This document shows positions 49,501 to 60,600 of a stretch of 64,000 bases of DNA, piece after piece. The translations under genes were made by a program, and so were the position numbers. The DNA lies in NCBI RefSeq assembly GCF_036971445.1, contig NC_091476.1, positions 97,960,001 to 98,024,000 on the forward strand. The letters run 5' to 3'. This DNA comes from Narcine bancroftii. Lineage: Eukaryota. Position 1 is the stretch's first letter. The number at the start of each line of letters is the position of its first letter. The notes under the pieces are model-generated. The model had not been told where the DNA came from and ran no database searches. It saw nothing but the letters and a program-made list of their open reading frames with translations.

Positions 49501-52500
49501 TCTTTGGTTCACAGTCCAATCTCACTGGTTGCAGGCAATTCTTGTACTCTGCACAGAAGTTAGCATTAATAAAGTTCACCAGGCTTTAGTGCTTAACAGG
49601 TAAATGGTTACCACTCAGGAGGGTTCTCGTTGGTTTTTAGAGAGAGAGTTTTCTCATTTCAGTACAGCCACTCCAGTGTCTTGTTGACAAAACTTATCCC
49701 CTTTCAGGATTCTCCAGATGGTAACCTCTTTCTTTCAGGTCATCACAGAATTCCTTTCTGTTTCTCCTATTCGAAGGGAAACACCAGACATCCAGTCCTC
49801 TCCTTTGACCAGGCTGTCTTCCAAAGTTTGCCAGCTTGTCCCTCTGGAACCGAAGTCTCTGTCTCTTCTCTTTCTCACTCCCTCCTACTGTAGACACTTT
49901 CAGGTGGCCAAATTCCCCGCTTGTAATGCCGCATTTCATGCCAATATGCGGCTGTCGGGAGGCCACTTGAAAGCGCAAGAGGTGCCTGTTAGATGAACTC
50001 TGTAACCCTCCTCCGGGAGGGATAATTGCCAGAGCAGTGAGGTCACCCCCTGCACATGAATGCAGCTGCCTGAAAGCGGCTGCTAAGGGGATGACAGTCA
50101 GCTGGCGAGTGCCTGACAGCTCCCCTCCCTGCTGACCCTGCACCCCTTATGCCGGATGTCAGGGCAAGGGCAGCCAGTATGGGATGTCAGCGCGGTGATG
50201 TCCCACAGGATGTCTCCACATTGATGCCAGTGCCCAGCTCTCCCAGCGGCCCGGCATGGGTCCCCGCACCAGCTCTCCCAATGGCCCGGTGTGGGTCCCC
50301 ACACCCGCTCTCCCACCAGCCCGACGAGTCCCCGCACTGTAGGACAGGCGATCAGTGTGGGGACGTCCCCATATCGCTGCCCAGCTCTCCCAGCAACCCA
50401 TCGTGGGTCCCCACGTGGGGCGGCCAATGCAGGTGATCAGTGTGGGTCATCCCCATACCGCTGCCCAGCTCTCCCGGTGGCCCGGCATGGGTCCCCACGG
50501 CTGCTCTCCCAGCAGCCCGACATGAGTCCCAACACTGTGGACTGGGCGGTTATTGTGGGGACATCCCCATACCGCTGTCCAGCTCTCCTGGCGGCCCAAC
50601 GTGGGTCCCTGCGCTGTGGGACGGCCGGCACAGGCTGTTGGTGTGGGGATTTCCCATGCGTGGTGTCTCTATGCTGGCCACGCCACGGTGTGGGGGATCG
50701 TGTTGGTGTGTTGGGGAGCAGATATAGGGTCTCGTGTCGGGCTGTTGGAGCGGGTGTGGGGGCTCGTGTCAGGTTGTTGGGGAAGTGGGTGTGGGGGCTT
50801 GTGTCGGGCTGTTGGGAGAGTGGGGCAGCAGTGTCAGTGTGGGGAAGTCCCCATTCTGATAGCCTGCGCTGGCTGTCCCAGCTCTGACAGCCAGCCATCC
50901 CAAACCTGACAGCTCGAAGGGACAGGAGCCGGAGTGTGCTCAGAGGCGCATCCAGTGCAGCTGTACCTTCAGGGATCTGTTTTGCAGTATTTGTATGTGA
51001 CTTACACTAACAAACCTGTCCCAATATATCTCCCAAAAACATATCTATTTAACATATAAACAACATAATCTGCCACAGTACTCTGACAATAAATCTAAAA
51101 TCTGAGTCTGTTATTGGTGCAAAACTTGGAGCCAAATTGTGGTCACCTCCTGGGGCCAGCAGGGTTCCTCCAGGAGAGAGTGTTTTGCTTCATATTACAG
51201 TGTCTGCAATTTCCTGTGTGCCTTGTATTCACTGCTTTGTCGTTTTGTGGAGATTCCTTGCTCATCTGATTTGAAAGACAAACGGAACTCAGATAGCAAC
51301 GCATTTAACTTTCCTCAGATGCGTGAGGTACTGAATATAGAATGATCACATGTAAAATGCTTGGCTTTTGTAACTGAAATATCAATATTCATTTGAATAG
51401 GGACACCAGCCCTGAATGGAAAGGAAATATCTAATATGTGATTTATATGTCTAAAATTTCAAAATACTTCTCATTTTATTTTTTCTTTAAGTAATAACTG
51501 TACATTTTAAAATATCTTAGAAACATTAATAAGAATTCAAAGTCCTACAATTAGAGTGAGCTGTCAAAGCACAATGAGGCCTCGAGATCTATTACATGAG
51601 GTCCAGCTACCACCTGTGGCCACCTTCACTCCACAGACCATGAAGATCAGCTGAAAAAGTGCTCCATATCCAGAGATTAGTGTGGGCAAGTGAGAATCTT
51701 GGGCAGCAAGTGCAGGCTCCAGGCCCAAAATGGAACAACAGTGGGCAATATCCAAGATGGACTGTTTGACTCGTGCTCAGTGAATGTTCCAGATGCTGAA
51801 AAGTGGAAAAAAAAAATGCCTGTTAATTTAGTAAGGTTTCTCAAGCTAAAAGAAGATTTTCAGACACCAGTTTGTCATATCCTGTTTCTGAAATTCAATT
51901 TCATTGACATCAACAGAATATTTGAAAAACAGTCGTTACTATGTAGAGAGTTCAGTGCTACTGACTAGAAACAAATTTTAAGACTGTCTATAAATCTTAT
52001 GAATGAATGTGTAAAGCCTCAAGCATGGAAACAGCCCAACTGATATTTGTTGGTATTTATTTTAATGTGGGGCTCATCCCATCCCTTGTCTTCTGATCTA
52101 TCAGAATGTTTGATAAGTTTATTATGAATACCTCCAATATTCACGTGTTCCCATTCATTTGGCAGATACAGTTTATGCAGTGGTCAGGAAGAAGAGCCCG
52201 TCAATCAGCAGGCAAAGTCCAACAGGTAAGATAAGATTTAGGGACTTAAATTCCTTCCGTATAAAATTATCACAATAAATGTTGACTGTTTTCTCTGCAG
52301 AAAGTAAGAGTGATGAAGAGGTCTCCTATGCAGATATTGTAATTCATACTCCAAAACAACTCTGCAACAAAACACTCAAGGTATTAATATTAATATTGTA
52401 TTTATCTGTCCCTTAAACACATCAGCAATTACAGGACATTTATGACAATTACCCCTTAGAAGAATTATATCCAACAAAATAGTTTGCCTGGAGTAAAATA

Positions 52501-53747
52501 TGAAAGTCTGCAGCACTGTGATTGAAGTAAAAACACAATGCTGGAGAAAGAAGATCAAACAGTGTACTTTATATTAGCAAAGATAAAGATACAACCAACA
52601 TTTCGGGGTTCAGCCCTTCATCAGGGTATGAGCAAAATGTTGGCAGATGTCCGAACAAATGGAAAGGGAAAGGGGGCAGGGGGGAGGAGCACAGTCCAAC
52701 ACGCAGGAGATAATAGGTGGAAAAGTGAGGGAGGGAACACCAGCAAGCGGGGGGGTGTGTGGTATGGCTCCTTGAATAGAGAGGGGAGAGTTGGAGAGCT
52801 GAAGGAGAGAAGACGGAGGGATAAAGAAGAGAGGGCGAATGGGGAGTGGGTTACCAGATACCAGAGAAATCAGTGATAATGGCATCTGGTTGGAAATTGC
52901 CCAAATAGAATATTAGGTGTTGGTCCTCCATTTTCCAGGTAGTATTAGGTGTTGCTCTAGACATTAAATAGTTTGCCTTTATTCACCAAATAATCCTTAA
53001 GGAAATCCTAGCATGCCCTAAACCCTTTGTTACTCCCATATCTTCATTATCCATTCACTTGTGCAAACATTTTCAGGGAACTAGAGACTTGCACTCTGAG
53101 CTCCCTCTGCACATCAGCAGTTCTGCAATTTATTTTCATTGTTCTGTTAATATTTGATATAACAAAATGTAACATTTCACACTTGTCTGGATTAAATTGC
53201 ATTGGCCATTGCTCTGCCCATCTTAATAAGTGAACTGTATCACTTTTTTTTTCCAACTTTCATTGTTTACTACTCCACCAATCTTTGTGTCATCAGCAAA
53301 TTTAGTATCAGTCCACCTACATCTCATGCGTCAAACAATTTACTTAAGATGGAAAGATATTTGCTTATGTCTCAACCATACTGTGTGTTTTGCAGGATAG
53401 TTGAACTGATTTGATTTAAGTCACCGATTACCAGTGGATGATTTAATTTGTGAGCTGAAATTGAAAATAATCTTATTCACCTGGTTTTTCATGTTTCTCT
53501 ATGCACAGTTGCCTAATTTGTTTTTCCAGTAATTTTATTTTTATTGAAAAAAATTGTTTTAAGTATATGTAAATAATTATTGTTTTCTGATCTTTCTTCT
53601 CAGGACATTTCTGATATAACAGAGAAATCTGATAAAAGACAGTTAAAAGGTGCTTGTGGCCCTTCTCCTTATCACGTTGTTGAAGATACCTCTGTATATT
53701 CTGCAGTGTGGGTTTCTCGCCAGGATGTGAGAATTGCGGAACCCTGA
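12776..53747 (+). CDS. Type I Ig-superfamily inhibitory receptor, 483 aa (SP-V-C1/C2-I-TM-ITSM/ITIM). Exons: 12776-12818, 13457-13801, 22861-23163, 25986-26303, 26736-26828, 36573-36600, 46741-46778, 52166-52225, 52301-52380, 53604-53747
   Basis: All introns GT-AG with matching phases (1,1,1,1,1,2,1,1,0). Summed CDS is 1452 nt = 484 codons with no internal stop, ending in TGA at 53745-53747, with AATAAA at about 53779. Further small cytoplasmic exons cannot be excluded. Confidence 0.8.
13457..13801 (+). CDS. Exon 2: V-set Ig domain with J-like GxGT motif
   Basis: [39 protein letters not shown]. Polypyrimidine-CAG acceptor; G|GTAAAG donor. Confidence 0.9.
14162..15779 (-). mobile_element. Internally deleted L1/Tx1-like LINE flanked by a roughly 75-bp direct repeat
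   Basis: Endonuclease start ([18 protein letters not shown]) and ORF2 C-terminus (WLRDV..); T-rich tail at 14162; direct repeat 14085-14161 / 15780-15859. Confidence 0.7.
16035..16161 (+). mobile_element. RTE LINE 3' end fragment
   Basis: Nearly identical to 41870-42011 (..ATAAATCTTCGTCCGCGAAGCCAAGCCAAAG). A further 35-bp tail is at about 43021-43055. Confidence 0.8.
16895..17226. mobile_element. hAT-like MITE (family B), one end truncated
   Basis: Similar, in opposite orientation, to 48013-48384; CAGTGATTCTCAACC..TTGAAAACCACTG subunit. Confidence 0.7.
19483..19537. repeat. (AG)n microsatellite
   Basis: Uninterrupted AG dinucleotide run. Confidence 0.95.
19545..21113 (+). mobile_element. 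Rex1/Babar-like LINE, 5'-truncated and degenerate
   Basis: RT fragments [32 protein letters not shown] and [26 protein letters not shown]; 3' tail ..ACTCTGACAATAAATCT. Confidence 0.85.
22263..22706. mobile_element. Tc1/mariner (Tigger/pogo-like) MITE
   Basis: TA TSD; TIRs CAGGTACACGATCCTTTA / TAAAGGATCGTGTCCCTG; GC-rich repetitive core. Confidence 0.85.
22861..23163 (+). CDS. Exon 3: C1/CD80-like C2-set Ig domain
   Basis: [50 protein letters not shown]; phase 1/1. Confidence 0.9.
23515..25780 (-). mobile_element. Two adjacent L1/Tx1-like LINE 3' fragments
   Basis: [46 protein letters not shown]; poly-T tail at about 23515. Confidence 0.85.
25986..26303 (+). CDS. Exon 4: I/C2-set Ig domain
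   Basis: [37 protein letters not shown]; phase 1/1. Confidence 0.9.
26736..26828 (+). CDS. Exon 5: transmembrane segment [31 protein letters not shown]
   Basis: Uncharged hydrophobic helix followed by a basic stop-transfer segment; CACAG acceptor and AAG|GT donor. Confidence 0.85.
31855..33117 (+). CDS. gag: G2 gag with two zinc knuckles and an Ala-rich tandem-repeat tail
   Basis: [14 protein letters not shown].., [32 protein letters not shown]. Confidence 0.85.
   Translation: MERLTRPEKLDIDPQSATAFKAFKFWLLNFENFLRFIQVEEDNQRLTALLSMVSLRVYENIQDETTYTAAIKVQKELYDQPVNRVHARLMLASRKQQPGESSRAYLQVLKALGKDCNCVDKTAAEITSDLVRDAYVAGLRSNEVRLRLLEQGVEKLEDVARIAITMEDAALKSTELSRDWTPRSDVSRVPFYPTPDGLSAAATLPRANPKCYFCGRDKHSRSQCPARKARCQKCLKKGHFAAVCRSKMAASKHSASCEAQPPLSHSNSSSPELSSNESEGSPARQRLTSRRRRTRKGQPTVATMVMACLSPPCGTLDTTAAAAAAAAATATPGADAAAAAAAATDTPGSDAAAAAAAATATPGADATAAAAAAATDTPGADATAAAAAATDTSGADATAAAATHHGCGEPDRPVPHFLHY
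32806..33062 (+). repeat. GC-rich 45-bp minisatellite (about 5.5 copies) inside G2
   Basis: Unit GCCGCTGCTGCCGCCGCCAC(A/G)G(C/A)CACCCCCGGGGCCGACGCTGCC, encoding [15 protein letters not shown] in the gag frame. Confidence 0.9.
33060..35195 (+). pseudogene. pol: G2 pol remnant: N-terminally deleted RT, RNase H, integrase; frameshifts at about 33345-33372
   Basis: [61 protein letters not shown]. Confidence 0.9.
36573..36600 (+). CDS. Exon 6: 28-bp cytoplasmic micro-exon (DPVNVTTEM)
   Basis: TTTTTTTTCCAG acceptor, GAG|GTAAGA donor; phase 1 to 2, matching the next exon. Confidence 0.65.
36870..38370. mobile_element. Old CR1-like LINE fragment (+) with a nested L1-like fragment (-, about 36990-37860)
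   Basis: Degenerate CR1 RT-like text (GATGAGGGCAAGGCAATTGATGTT.., AGTGGAGTACCTCAGGG); L1 C-terminus [15 protein letters not shown]. Confidence 0.55.
38405..42434 (+). mobile_element. CsRN1-like Ty3/Gypsy element, degenerate; LTRs about 38505-38756 and 42166-42434; interrupted by an RTE LINE
   Basis: PBS TGGTGACCCTGA (tRNA-Trp-like) at 38758. Gag [21 protein letters not shown]; [23 protein letters not shown]; [21 protein letters not shown]-rich PPT. Protease and most of RT deleted near 39400. Confidence 0.85.
40951..42018 (+). mobile_element. RTE (BovB/RTE-1-like) LINE, 5'-truncated
   Basis: [44 protein letters not shown]-terminal CxxC; short-repeat 3' tail. Confidence 0.9.
43735..43930 (+). 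mobile_element. V-SINE/HE1-like SINE (similar copies near 18810-18990, 26990-27180, 56680-56910, 62940-63110)
   Basis: tRNA-like head (GGGTTCAAATCCC) followed by a V-domain-like TGGGTTTTCTCTGGGGGCTCCGGTTTCCTCCCAC. Confidence 0.65.
45230..45610 (-). repeat. Possible solo LTR
   Basis: Starts TGTGGC and ends GCCAC(T); minus-strand TATAAAA and AATAAAA in LTR-like order; inserted in an L1 remnant. No partner LTR. Confidence 0.35.
46741..46778 (+). CDS. Exon 7: 38-bp cytoplasmic micro-exon ([13 protein letters not shown])
   Basis: Long polypyrimidine tract plus AAG acceptor, TAG|GTACGT donor; phase 2 to 1. Confidence 0.65.
48013..48384. mobile_element. hAT-like MITE (family B), full-length dimeric form
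   Basis: Termini TAGTGGTTCTCAACC / GGTTGAGCACCACTG; 8-bp TSD ATTTAAAC/ATTTAAAT; two roughly 130-bp TIR-bounded subunits around a spacer. Confidence 0.8.
49103..49486. mobile_element. Second copy of the Tigger-like MITE
   Basis: Same ends as 22263-22706 (right TIR truncated), with a different GC-rich tandem core. Confidence 0.8.
50150..50910. repeat. GC-rich degenerate tandem repeat block
   Basis: Recurrent TGCCCAGCTCTCCC..GGGTCCCC..TGTGGGGAC units. Confidence 0.7.
52166..52225 (+). CDS. Exon 8: cytoplasmic, ITSM TVYAVV
   Basis: [20 protein letters not shown]; CAG|GTAAGA donor. Confidence 0.8.
52301..52380 (+). CDS. Exon 9: cytoplasmic, ITIM VSYADI
   Basis: [27 protein letters not shown]; TTTTCTCTGCAG acceptor, phase-0 donor AAG|GTATTA. 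Confidence 0.8.
53604..53747 (+). CDS. Exon 10 (terminal): ITIM-like SPYHVV and SVYSAV, stop codon
   Basis: [47 protein letters not shown]; TCTTTCTTCTCAG acceptor; AATAAA about 30 nt after the stop. Confidence 0.8.
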   Translation, partial: DISDITEKSDKRQLKGACGPSPYHVVEDTSVYSAVWVSRQDVRIAEP

Positions 53748-54944
53748 GAGTAGCTTCCAGATATTTTGGAGGATTATGAATAAACTCAAGCTTCAAGGTT
53801 CTTTTATTCTCATGTAATAATTACAAGTATAATACACACAATATATTTCAACCTTTGCCTGTTGAAAAGACGAACAGTGTCCGGCAACCCCAATAATAAG
53901 AGAAAGAGAAGCAAAAGGAAGTGCCTTCAGAGACACTGAATGTCCACCTCTGCAGCCCCACAGACTCCAGTTCAATCCATTGGTCACTCAGATCCAAACC
54001 TCCAATACGATCAGGAAGCCTTCACACCTGAGGCCCTTTGGGAGGACCTGATGCCCTCGGCCCCCTCTCGAATCCCGGTCCCCACAGCAGCTCCTAGTCT
54101 GTGTGGGTCATTCATCCACTGGACCCTCACTGGTTCGATGCTGTGATCACCTGACTGTAGGGTCATCTCCCATGCTTTTCCTACTCAACATTGGGGTGGG
54201 GAGGTGGTGTTAACCCATTTCTGGTGCCCTGCCCTGGTCCATTGCTCTCCCAGAGCCCACAACCTGTGTGGTTTGAGTTACCAAGCAGGGGTGTTGCCAC
54301 CTTAGGCATTTCCCTGCATACATGTCCGATGCAAAAGGAACTCCACCAGCCCTGACTTACAGGTGGCTTAAACATGAATGTGGCCGTGGGCTAATGACCA
54401 AGTGGTATGACCCAATGGAGGAGTGCTGGAAGACCTCTGTTCTCTCCTCCTCCCATGGCAGCGTTGCCATTATTGCACCAGCAGTAATGCCACCATTTCA
54501 AGTCAAACATTTTATCAAGTATTTTATAGCCCAACCTTGTGTTTCACTTGCAAAAGATTAAATGAATTGGAAACGGAACTTCCTCAGGTACTAGATTCCT
54601 CAAGCAGATTGTGTCTAGGTTAAGATTTTTAGTGTTCATTAAAATTATTTTCAATAATTTTAGTTCTTCTCGTGTTAAACCTCAATATTTCAATTTGTTA
54701 AATAATTTTCTATCCTTATTGACATGTGAAGTTTCTCCTTCACTCAATGACTCATCCTAACACTAGTCCCTGGCTTTAGATTCAACACTTGGAAAGAGAT
54801 GCCTCTACCCTTTGTAGAATATCATATTTTCCATGTAGATGCCTCTTGTTTCTTTAAAATCTGGGAATTCAAATCAACTGCAATGTGTTTGCAATTGGAA
54901 GACCACATTGCCTTGGACAAATGCACTCCAGTTAGTATGTTTTT

Positions 54945-55440
54945 TTTTCAAATCTTTTTTTTTTTTTAATTTTTATTTTTCACACCATAAATCACATTAG
55001 CCATGATGTATACTTTTTCTTTTTCACACATATACAGTGACTTTTTCTCCCCCCCCTCCCTCCTCCCAAGCCACCCCCCACCCCCCCCTCTCATCCATTT
55101 TAGGTATACAATCTAGGTTGCATTAAACCCGTCAGACAATGTTGTCATTCAACAAAAATACACCAGAAAATCTACTAAGTCCATTCTTTTCTTTCCTTCT
55201 CCTTCCATCAACTTAGGTAATGTTTGTCCCCGGTAGGTTTTCACTATTGTATTTAATGTAAGGCTCCCATACTTGTTCGAATATTTCAATATTATTTCTT
55301 AAACTATATGTTATTTTTTCTAATGGAATACATTTATTCATTTCTATATACCATTGTTGTATTTTCAAATTATCTTCCAATTTCCAGGTTGACATAATAC
55401 ATTTTTTTGCTACGGCTAGGGCTATCTTAACAAATCTTTT
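54945..55440 (-). mobile_element. L1-like LINE 3' end with poly-A tail
   Basis: [38 protein letters not shown]; poly-T at about 54955-54967. Confidence 0.8.
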
Positions 55441-57610
55441 TGTTTTGATGGCACTTTTGCTATAAACTTCAAGCTATTGATTAATTCTTCTTGTGAACTA
55501 ATTGGATGAAATGTTACAGAGTTTTGAAATGGAGAAACACATCCACCAGGAAAACTTCTAATGAGAGCTTCAAAAGACTGAAAATGGGAATTGATTCATC
55601 AAATTAATTATAATTTTCACATATTGTTTGAATTTTGGACTCTGCCCAATTTACAAATAACATGACGATTCTCATCTGTACAACAAAAACCCTTGAGTAG
55701 GATTATATGAGCATGCCATATCCATGGGATTGAGTTTCAATGGAGTTTATGGGCAGAAAGGGGGAAATGATTCAAGCCTGAGGCAAACAGCAATAAAATA
55801 GAACTAAGTATGAAGGTTGAATTGTCATGAGAAATAGAAACTGTTGCATGAGTTTTTTCTCAAAATATGATTTAAAAATGTAAACTTTAAGTGGGAAAAA
55901 AAGAAATGATTGCCCAGAACTCCATACCCAGAAGCGGTGAATATGTCATTTAATAGATGTTGTAACTGCCTCCAAAATTTATTTCATTGATGTCCCTCCA
56001 TTGAACACTCAGCTCAACCAACCCAGGTGGAATTTGTAGAAAATAGTTTCTGCTTTATATATAATTGCTTGTTATTGTTTTTTTTCTACGCTCTTCTGAT
56101 GGGCCTACACGAGAAGATTGTACTTGCTTTGTATCTGTTATCAGGGCTAATATTTTGACCTAAGTGGCACTTCTCTGTATGAGATCTTCTTGAATATACT
56201 CATCAACTGGGCCACTTGGGATGGTTCCAAAAATCCACCACTCTCTGGATGAAGATGTTTCTTTTAATCTCTGATGTTAATAACTGACTCTTTAATTTTA
56301 AGACTGTGACACCTGTGTCTTGGCACATCACCCGAGGGAAACATCATTCTTATATATATACGCTGTGAAGAATTTTAATATCTTTCAATTACCCCTCCTT
56401 CTCTACAAAGAGCTCAAGTCTTGTCTGATAATGTTTTCTTAGACAATGCCTCTATCCTGAAAATGAGTCTGTGAACCTATGCTTCATTGTTTCTAACATT
56501 TCTATTATTCTATCCGTCAATAGATGGGAAGGCAAGTTTTCCAGATACAGTTTCACCAAGATCCTATATAATTGCATTGATACATTTTTCCTCTGGTACT
56601 CGAATCCTATTGAAAATTTGCCATCAAATGATTAACATGCCATTTGCCTCACTAATTAAAAAAAACATAAATGTAGACATACGGCATGGTTCCAAGCCCT
56701 TTCGGCCCACAAGCCTATGCTGTCCAATTACACTGAATTGGCCTAAAACCCCCGGAATGTTTTTAGAGGTTGGGAGGAAACCAGAGCACCTGAAGGAAAT
56801 CCATGCAGATACAGGAGAATGTTCAAGCTCCTTCCAGACAGATTTGAACCCCAGTCCTGGTCACTGACTCTGTAACAATATTGCACTAATCACAATGTTA
56901 ACTGTGGTGCCCACGGTTTACCTGCATGCTTTACCTGCATTTTGACTTTCACTGGCCTGGATAGAAGGAAAACTGAGTGCCAAAACCTTTCAGTTTCAGC
57001 ATTAAACAAAACTCTTCTATTTTCTTCAAGGAGTGGATGATCTCACATCTTTCCACATCCGCCAAGATGTTGACCATTCTGTCATTGTTCCATTGAAGTT
57101 TCTCTGCCTCTTGTAATGCACAGCTTTGTGGATCTCTTGCACTTTCTTTCCTCATCCAACACTATGGTACAGCTGGCTCCCAGCATCAAACTTTGTTTCA
57201 CTGCCCCCACCTCCCCCACCACCGGCATAGCTTCCCCACCTGAAAATAACAAATCTTTTCCCACTTACTATGAAACCAGTTAATTTGCAACTACTGTAGT
57301 TAATTGAAGAATTATACTTGAAGACTTTATATATGGCAAATAAAATTTTTATGTTAAAATATAGTACACATCAGATATACTGAGCATTTTTAAAGAGCAT
57401 AAAAAGTGTATTTACTTCCTGTTCCAGCCATAGGGTGAAGTTCTCAAATGTAAAATGTCAACAGATCGTAAACTCAGAAGCATATATTTGCATTCAGGTG
57501 AAAATTCTGTCTTTTATTCTGTTAGGATGAATTTGTACAAACCAATGAAGTCAGTCCAGATATAAATTTAGTTGCAGCTTTAGAAAATCAGTAAAATAGC
57601 ATGTTCAAAG

Positions 57611-60600
57611 TGTTACAAGATCAAACCAGCAACCACAAAGAAGGCATATCACACAGGGGTAAAGATTAACAATTACTTAATTAACAAAAATTCACCTTCA
57701 AACTTTAATTCAAAATACTCCCTTTTATAACAATGCCCTTTGGTTACTATGCAAATTTCTATAACAGTGTAAAACTAATAAATTGCCAGCCTAAATATAA
57801 CATATGTAATTAAAGTCTAAGTTATATTTCCAACCAGCCCACAGAAAAACTTAGACACAAAACAAACACAAGACTCACAAAACTTCGATCTTAACTGAAG
57901 CCCAAAGATCTTTGAAAGAGAGAGAGTACAAAATTCGAAGTTGTCTTGTGTTGCTTGCAGAGAGAGACCATGGCTTGGTCCCGATCTTTCTGGCTGCCTT
58001 TGGAATGTTCATCCCTTTTAAAATACTCAACATTCTAAACTGTCTTCCAGACAATGACTCATGTTTTGGGCCTCCTTCCACTTCATAAGATACACAGTGG
58101 AGGTTTGTCATCCAAGTCCAGAATTTTTTAGATCATTTTCTGCACAGGCCCAGTCTGTCTCCCACTCTCTTAGCAGCCCACCTTCACCTTGGCTCTCTAA
58201 GGCAACTGTCAAAACCACACAACACATAGGCCAATACACTACACAGAACTCTGTAACGCCTCCCCTGCTAAAAAAAATTGGTCCACAAGAACAATTTTTT
58301 TTAACAATTAATGGAAGTATTACATAAATAAAATAAACATTCCATTTTTTTTACAGTATGTGATTAGATTCATATCTATAACTTGCATCTTGGTTGGAAT
58401 CCTAGTCTACTCCTCGGTCATTTTCTCAAAGTAAGGTTTAAGCATGGTCACGTGACAGACCTGTTTCTTCGATGATCAGGTGTCTCAATGACATAGGTGA
58501 CCTGGTTAATTTTTGATTTCACCTTATATGGTCCTGAAAACTGAACACTCAAAGGGTTTGACTGCATTGGAAACAGAACCAATACTTTGTCGTCAGGTTT
58601 AATGTCCCTAATATTTGCTTTTAGATCATACCGAATTTTCATTTTTCCCTGAGCAGCTTTTAAATATTTCCTTGCCATCTTGCAAGCCTGATGTAATCTG
58701 TTTTTAAAATTGAAAACATAATCCAACAGATTTGATTGTATATCATTATGTATCCACTGTTCCTTCAACAATAGTAATGGACCCCTGACTTCATGACCAA
58801 ACACCAAATACCAACTCAAATGAACTAAACCCAAGAGACTCCTGAGTTGCCTCTCTAAAGCAAACAATAACAAATGGATTCCTTCAACCCAATCCCTTTT
58901 ATTTTCCACGCAATAAGCCCTCATCATATTTTTCACAGTTAAATGGAACCTTTCCAAGGCCCCTTGACTTTCTGGATGATAAGCAGATGACGCAATTTGA
59001 TGGGCTCCCAATTCATACACCACCTATTGAAATATTCCATACATAAAATTACTCCCTTGGTCTGATTGAATTTCCCTTGGTAGGCCAAAGAGTGAAAAAT
59101 TTTAGCATAGCCTTCACAATCATCTTTGCTTTAATGTTTCTCAGGGGAATAGCCTCTGGAAACCTTGAAGCTGTGGACACGAGTGTTAACAAATATTCAT
59201 TTCCTGCTTTGGTTTTTGGCAATGGGTCAACACAATCCACTATCACTTTTGAGAAGGGCTTCCCGAAAGCAGGGATGGGTTGTAAAGGTGCCAGTGGTGG
59301 TCCTTGATTAGGCTTGCCCACCAGTTGACAAGTGTGACAGGTCCTACAAAAGTTCACAACATCATGCTTTCGCCTAGCTATTGATTCTTCTCTTAACAAC
59401 AGCAAAGTTAGATCCTTAGGTTTGTCCTCAATGCTTGCCTGCACTAAGGATCATCACAGACTTTCTCTCCCTCTACTTTTTTTCTAGACATGGCTCTAGT
59501 AATGGCACATGCAGGGTAGATTTCCAAATCCTTTTCAGACCCAAAAACCAATGGCTTACTTGTGAGTTTCACAGCAGGTATGACTTTACCTTCTGCTAAA
59601 TCATTCCCTAACAAAAGAGAAACTCCATCCACCGGCAGACTTGATCTTATCCCTATCGTAACCGGGCCATTAACTAAGTCTGATTTCATCACTATTCTCT
59701 GCTTCATCACCAATGCCTTTAATTAAATTCACATCTCCAAAATTTTGGTCTCCTCACCAAAATTCAAAACGTTGCTTAATACAAGCGATTGGGCTGCTCC
59801 AGTATCCCAGAGGATTTTAACTGTCACTTGATTGGATCCTTCTTTAACCGAAATGAAACCTTCAGTCATGAATGGTTTAAAACTATCCCTAACTTTCTCA
59901 CTCTGAACACAGGCAATTGTTCCTTTTCAGTACAGGACAATTTGCTATTATGTGCCCTGGCTTCTTACAATAGTGGCAAATAACACTCAAAAATTTTTCC
60001 TTCACCCATTTCTCTTTCTCTCTTCCTTTAACCTCACTTCTAGATTTTCTTTCTACTCTACTTGGATTATCAGCAGTATTCCTTTGAAAGGCTTTCCCTG
60101 ATGTCCACTTAGACTTGTGGGTTAAAGCCTATTTCTCTGTGAATTTAGCCAATTCTTACCAAGTTTTTATATTTTTCTCTGCCAAGTACACTTGAATAAC
60201 ATCAGGAACACAATTTTTAATCCCCTCATTCAGAAGGATTTCCCTCAATAAATCAGTTATTTTCTACTTTCATTGCGGCGCATCACCGATCAAAACACAC
60301 AACCTTCCTATAAGCAAAATCCAGGTAAGATTGGGTTGCTGCTTTTTTTAAACTCCTGAACTTTTGTCTATAAGCATCTGGGACTAGTTCATAAGATCGG
60401 AGTATAGCCTGCTTTACAAATTCATAATCAGCTGCTTGTTGTACCATGAGACACGAATATACCTGTTGGGCTTTCCCTTTAAGAACACTTTGTAGCAGGA
60501 GTGACCACTGATCTGGTGACCATTTTAAATTTGCACCTACTTTCTCAAAATGCTGAAAATATGGTTTAACTCTAGTTTTCTCAAAGCCAACTTTACTTCC

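Larger units (their letters stand above)
48912..51077 (-). mobile_element. Probable solo Gypsy-type LTR carrying nested insertions
   Basis: TGTTAC..CACA termini, similar in style to the LTRs at 57611/60938. Contains a MITE (49103-49486) and a GC-rich repeat block. No clear TSD. Confidence 0.4.

Noticed and set aside
50098-50909. Tandem repeats as a CRISPR-like array or coding gene
   Set aside because: Eukaryotic context, degenerate units without unique spacers, and no cas genes.
51319-51327. Possible 9-bp micro-exon (CAG|ATGCGTGAG|GTA)
   Set aside because: Introduces a TGA in the required phase.
52381-52416. Read-through ending of exon 9 ([11 protein letters not shown])
   Set aside because: The phase-0 splice to 53604 gives additional ITIMs and a poly(A) signal, so it is more plausible.
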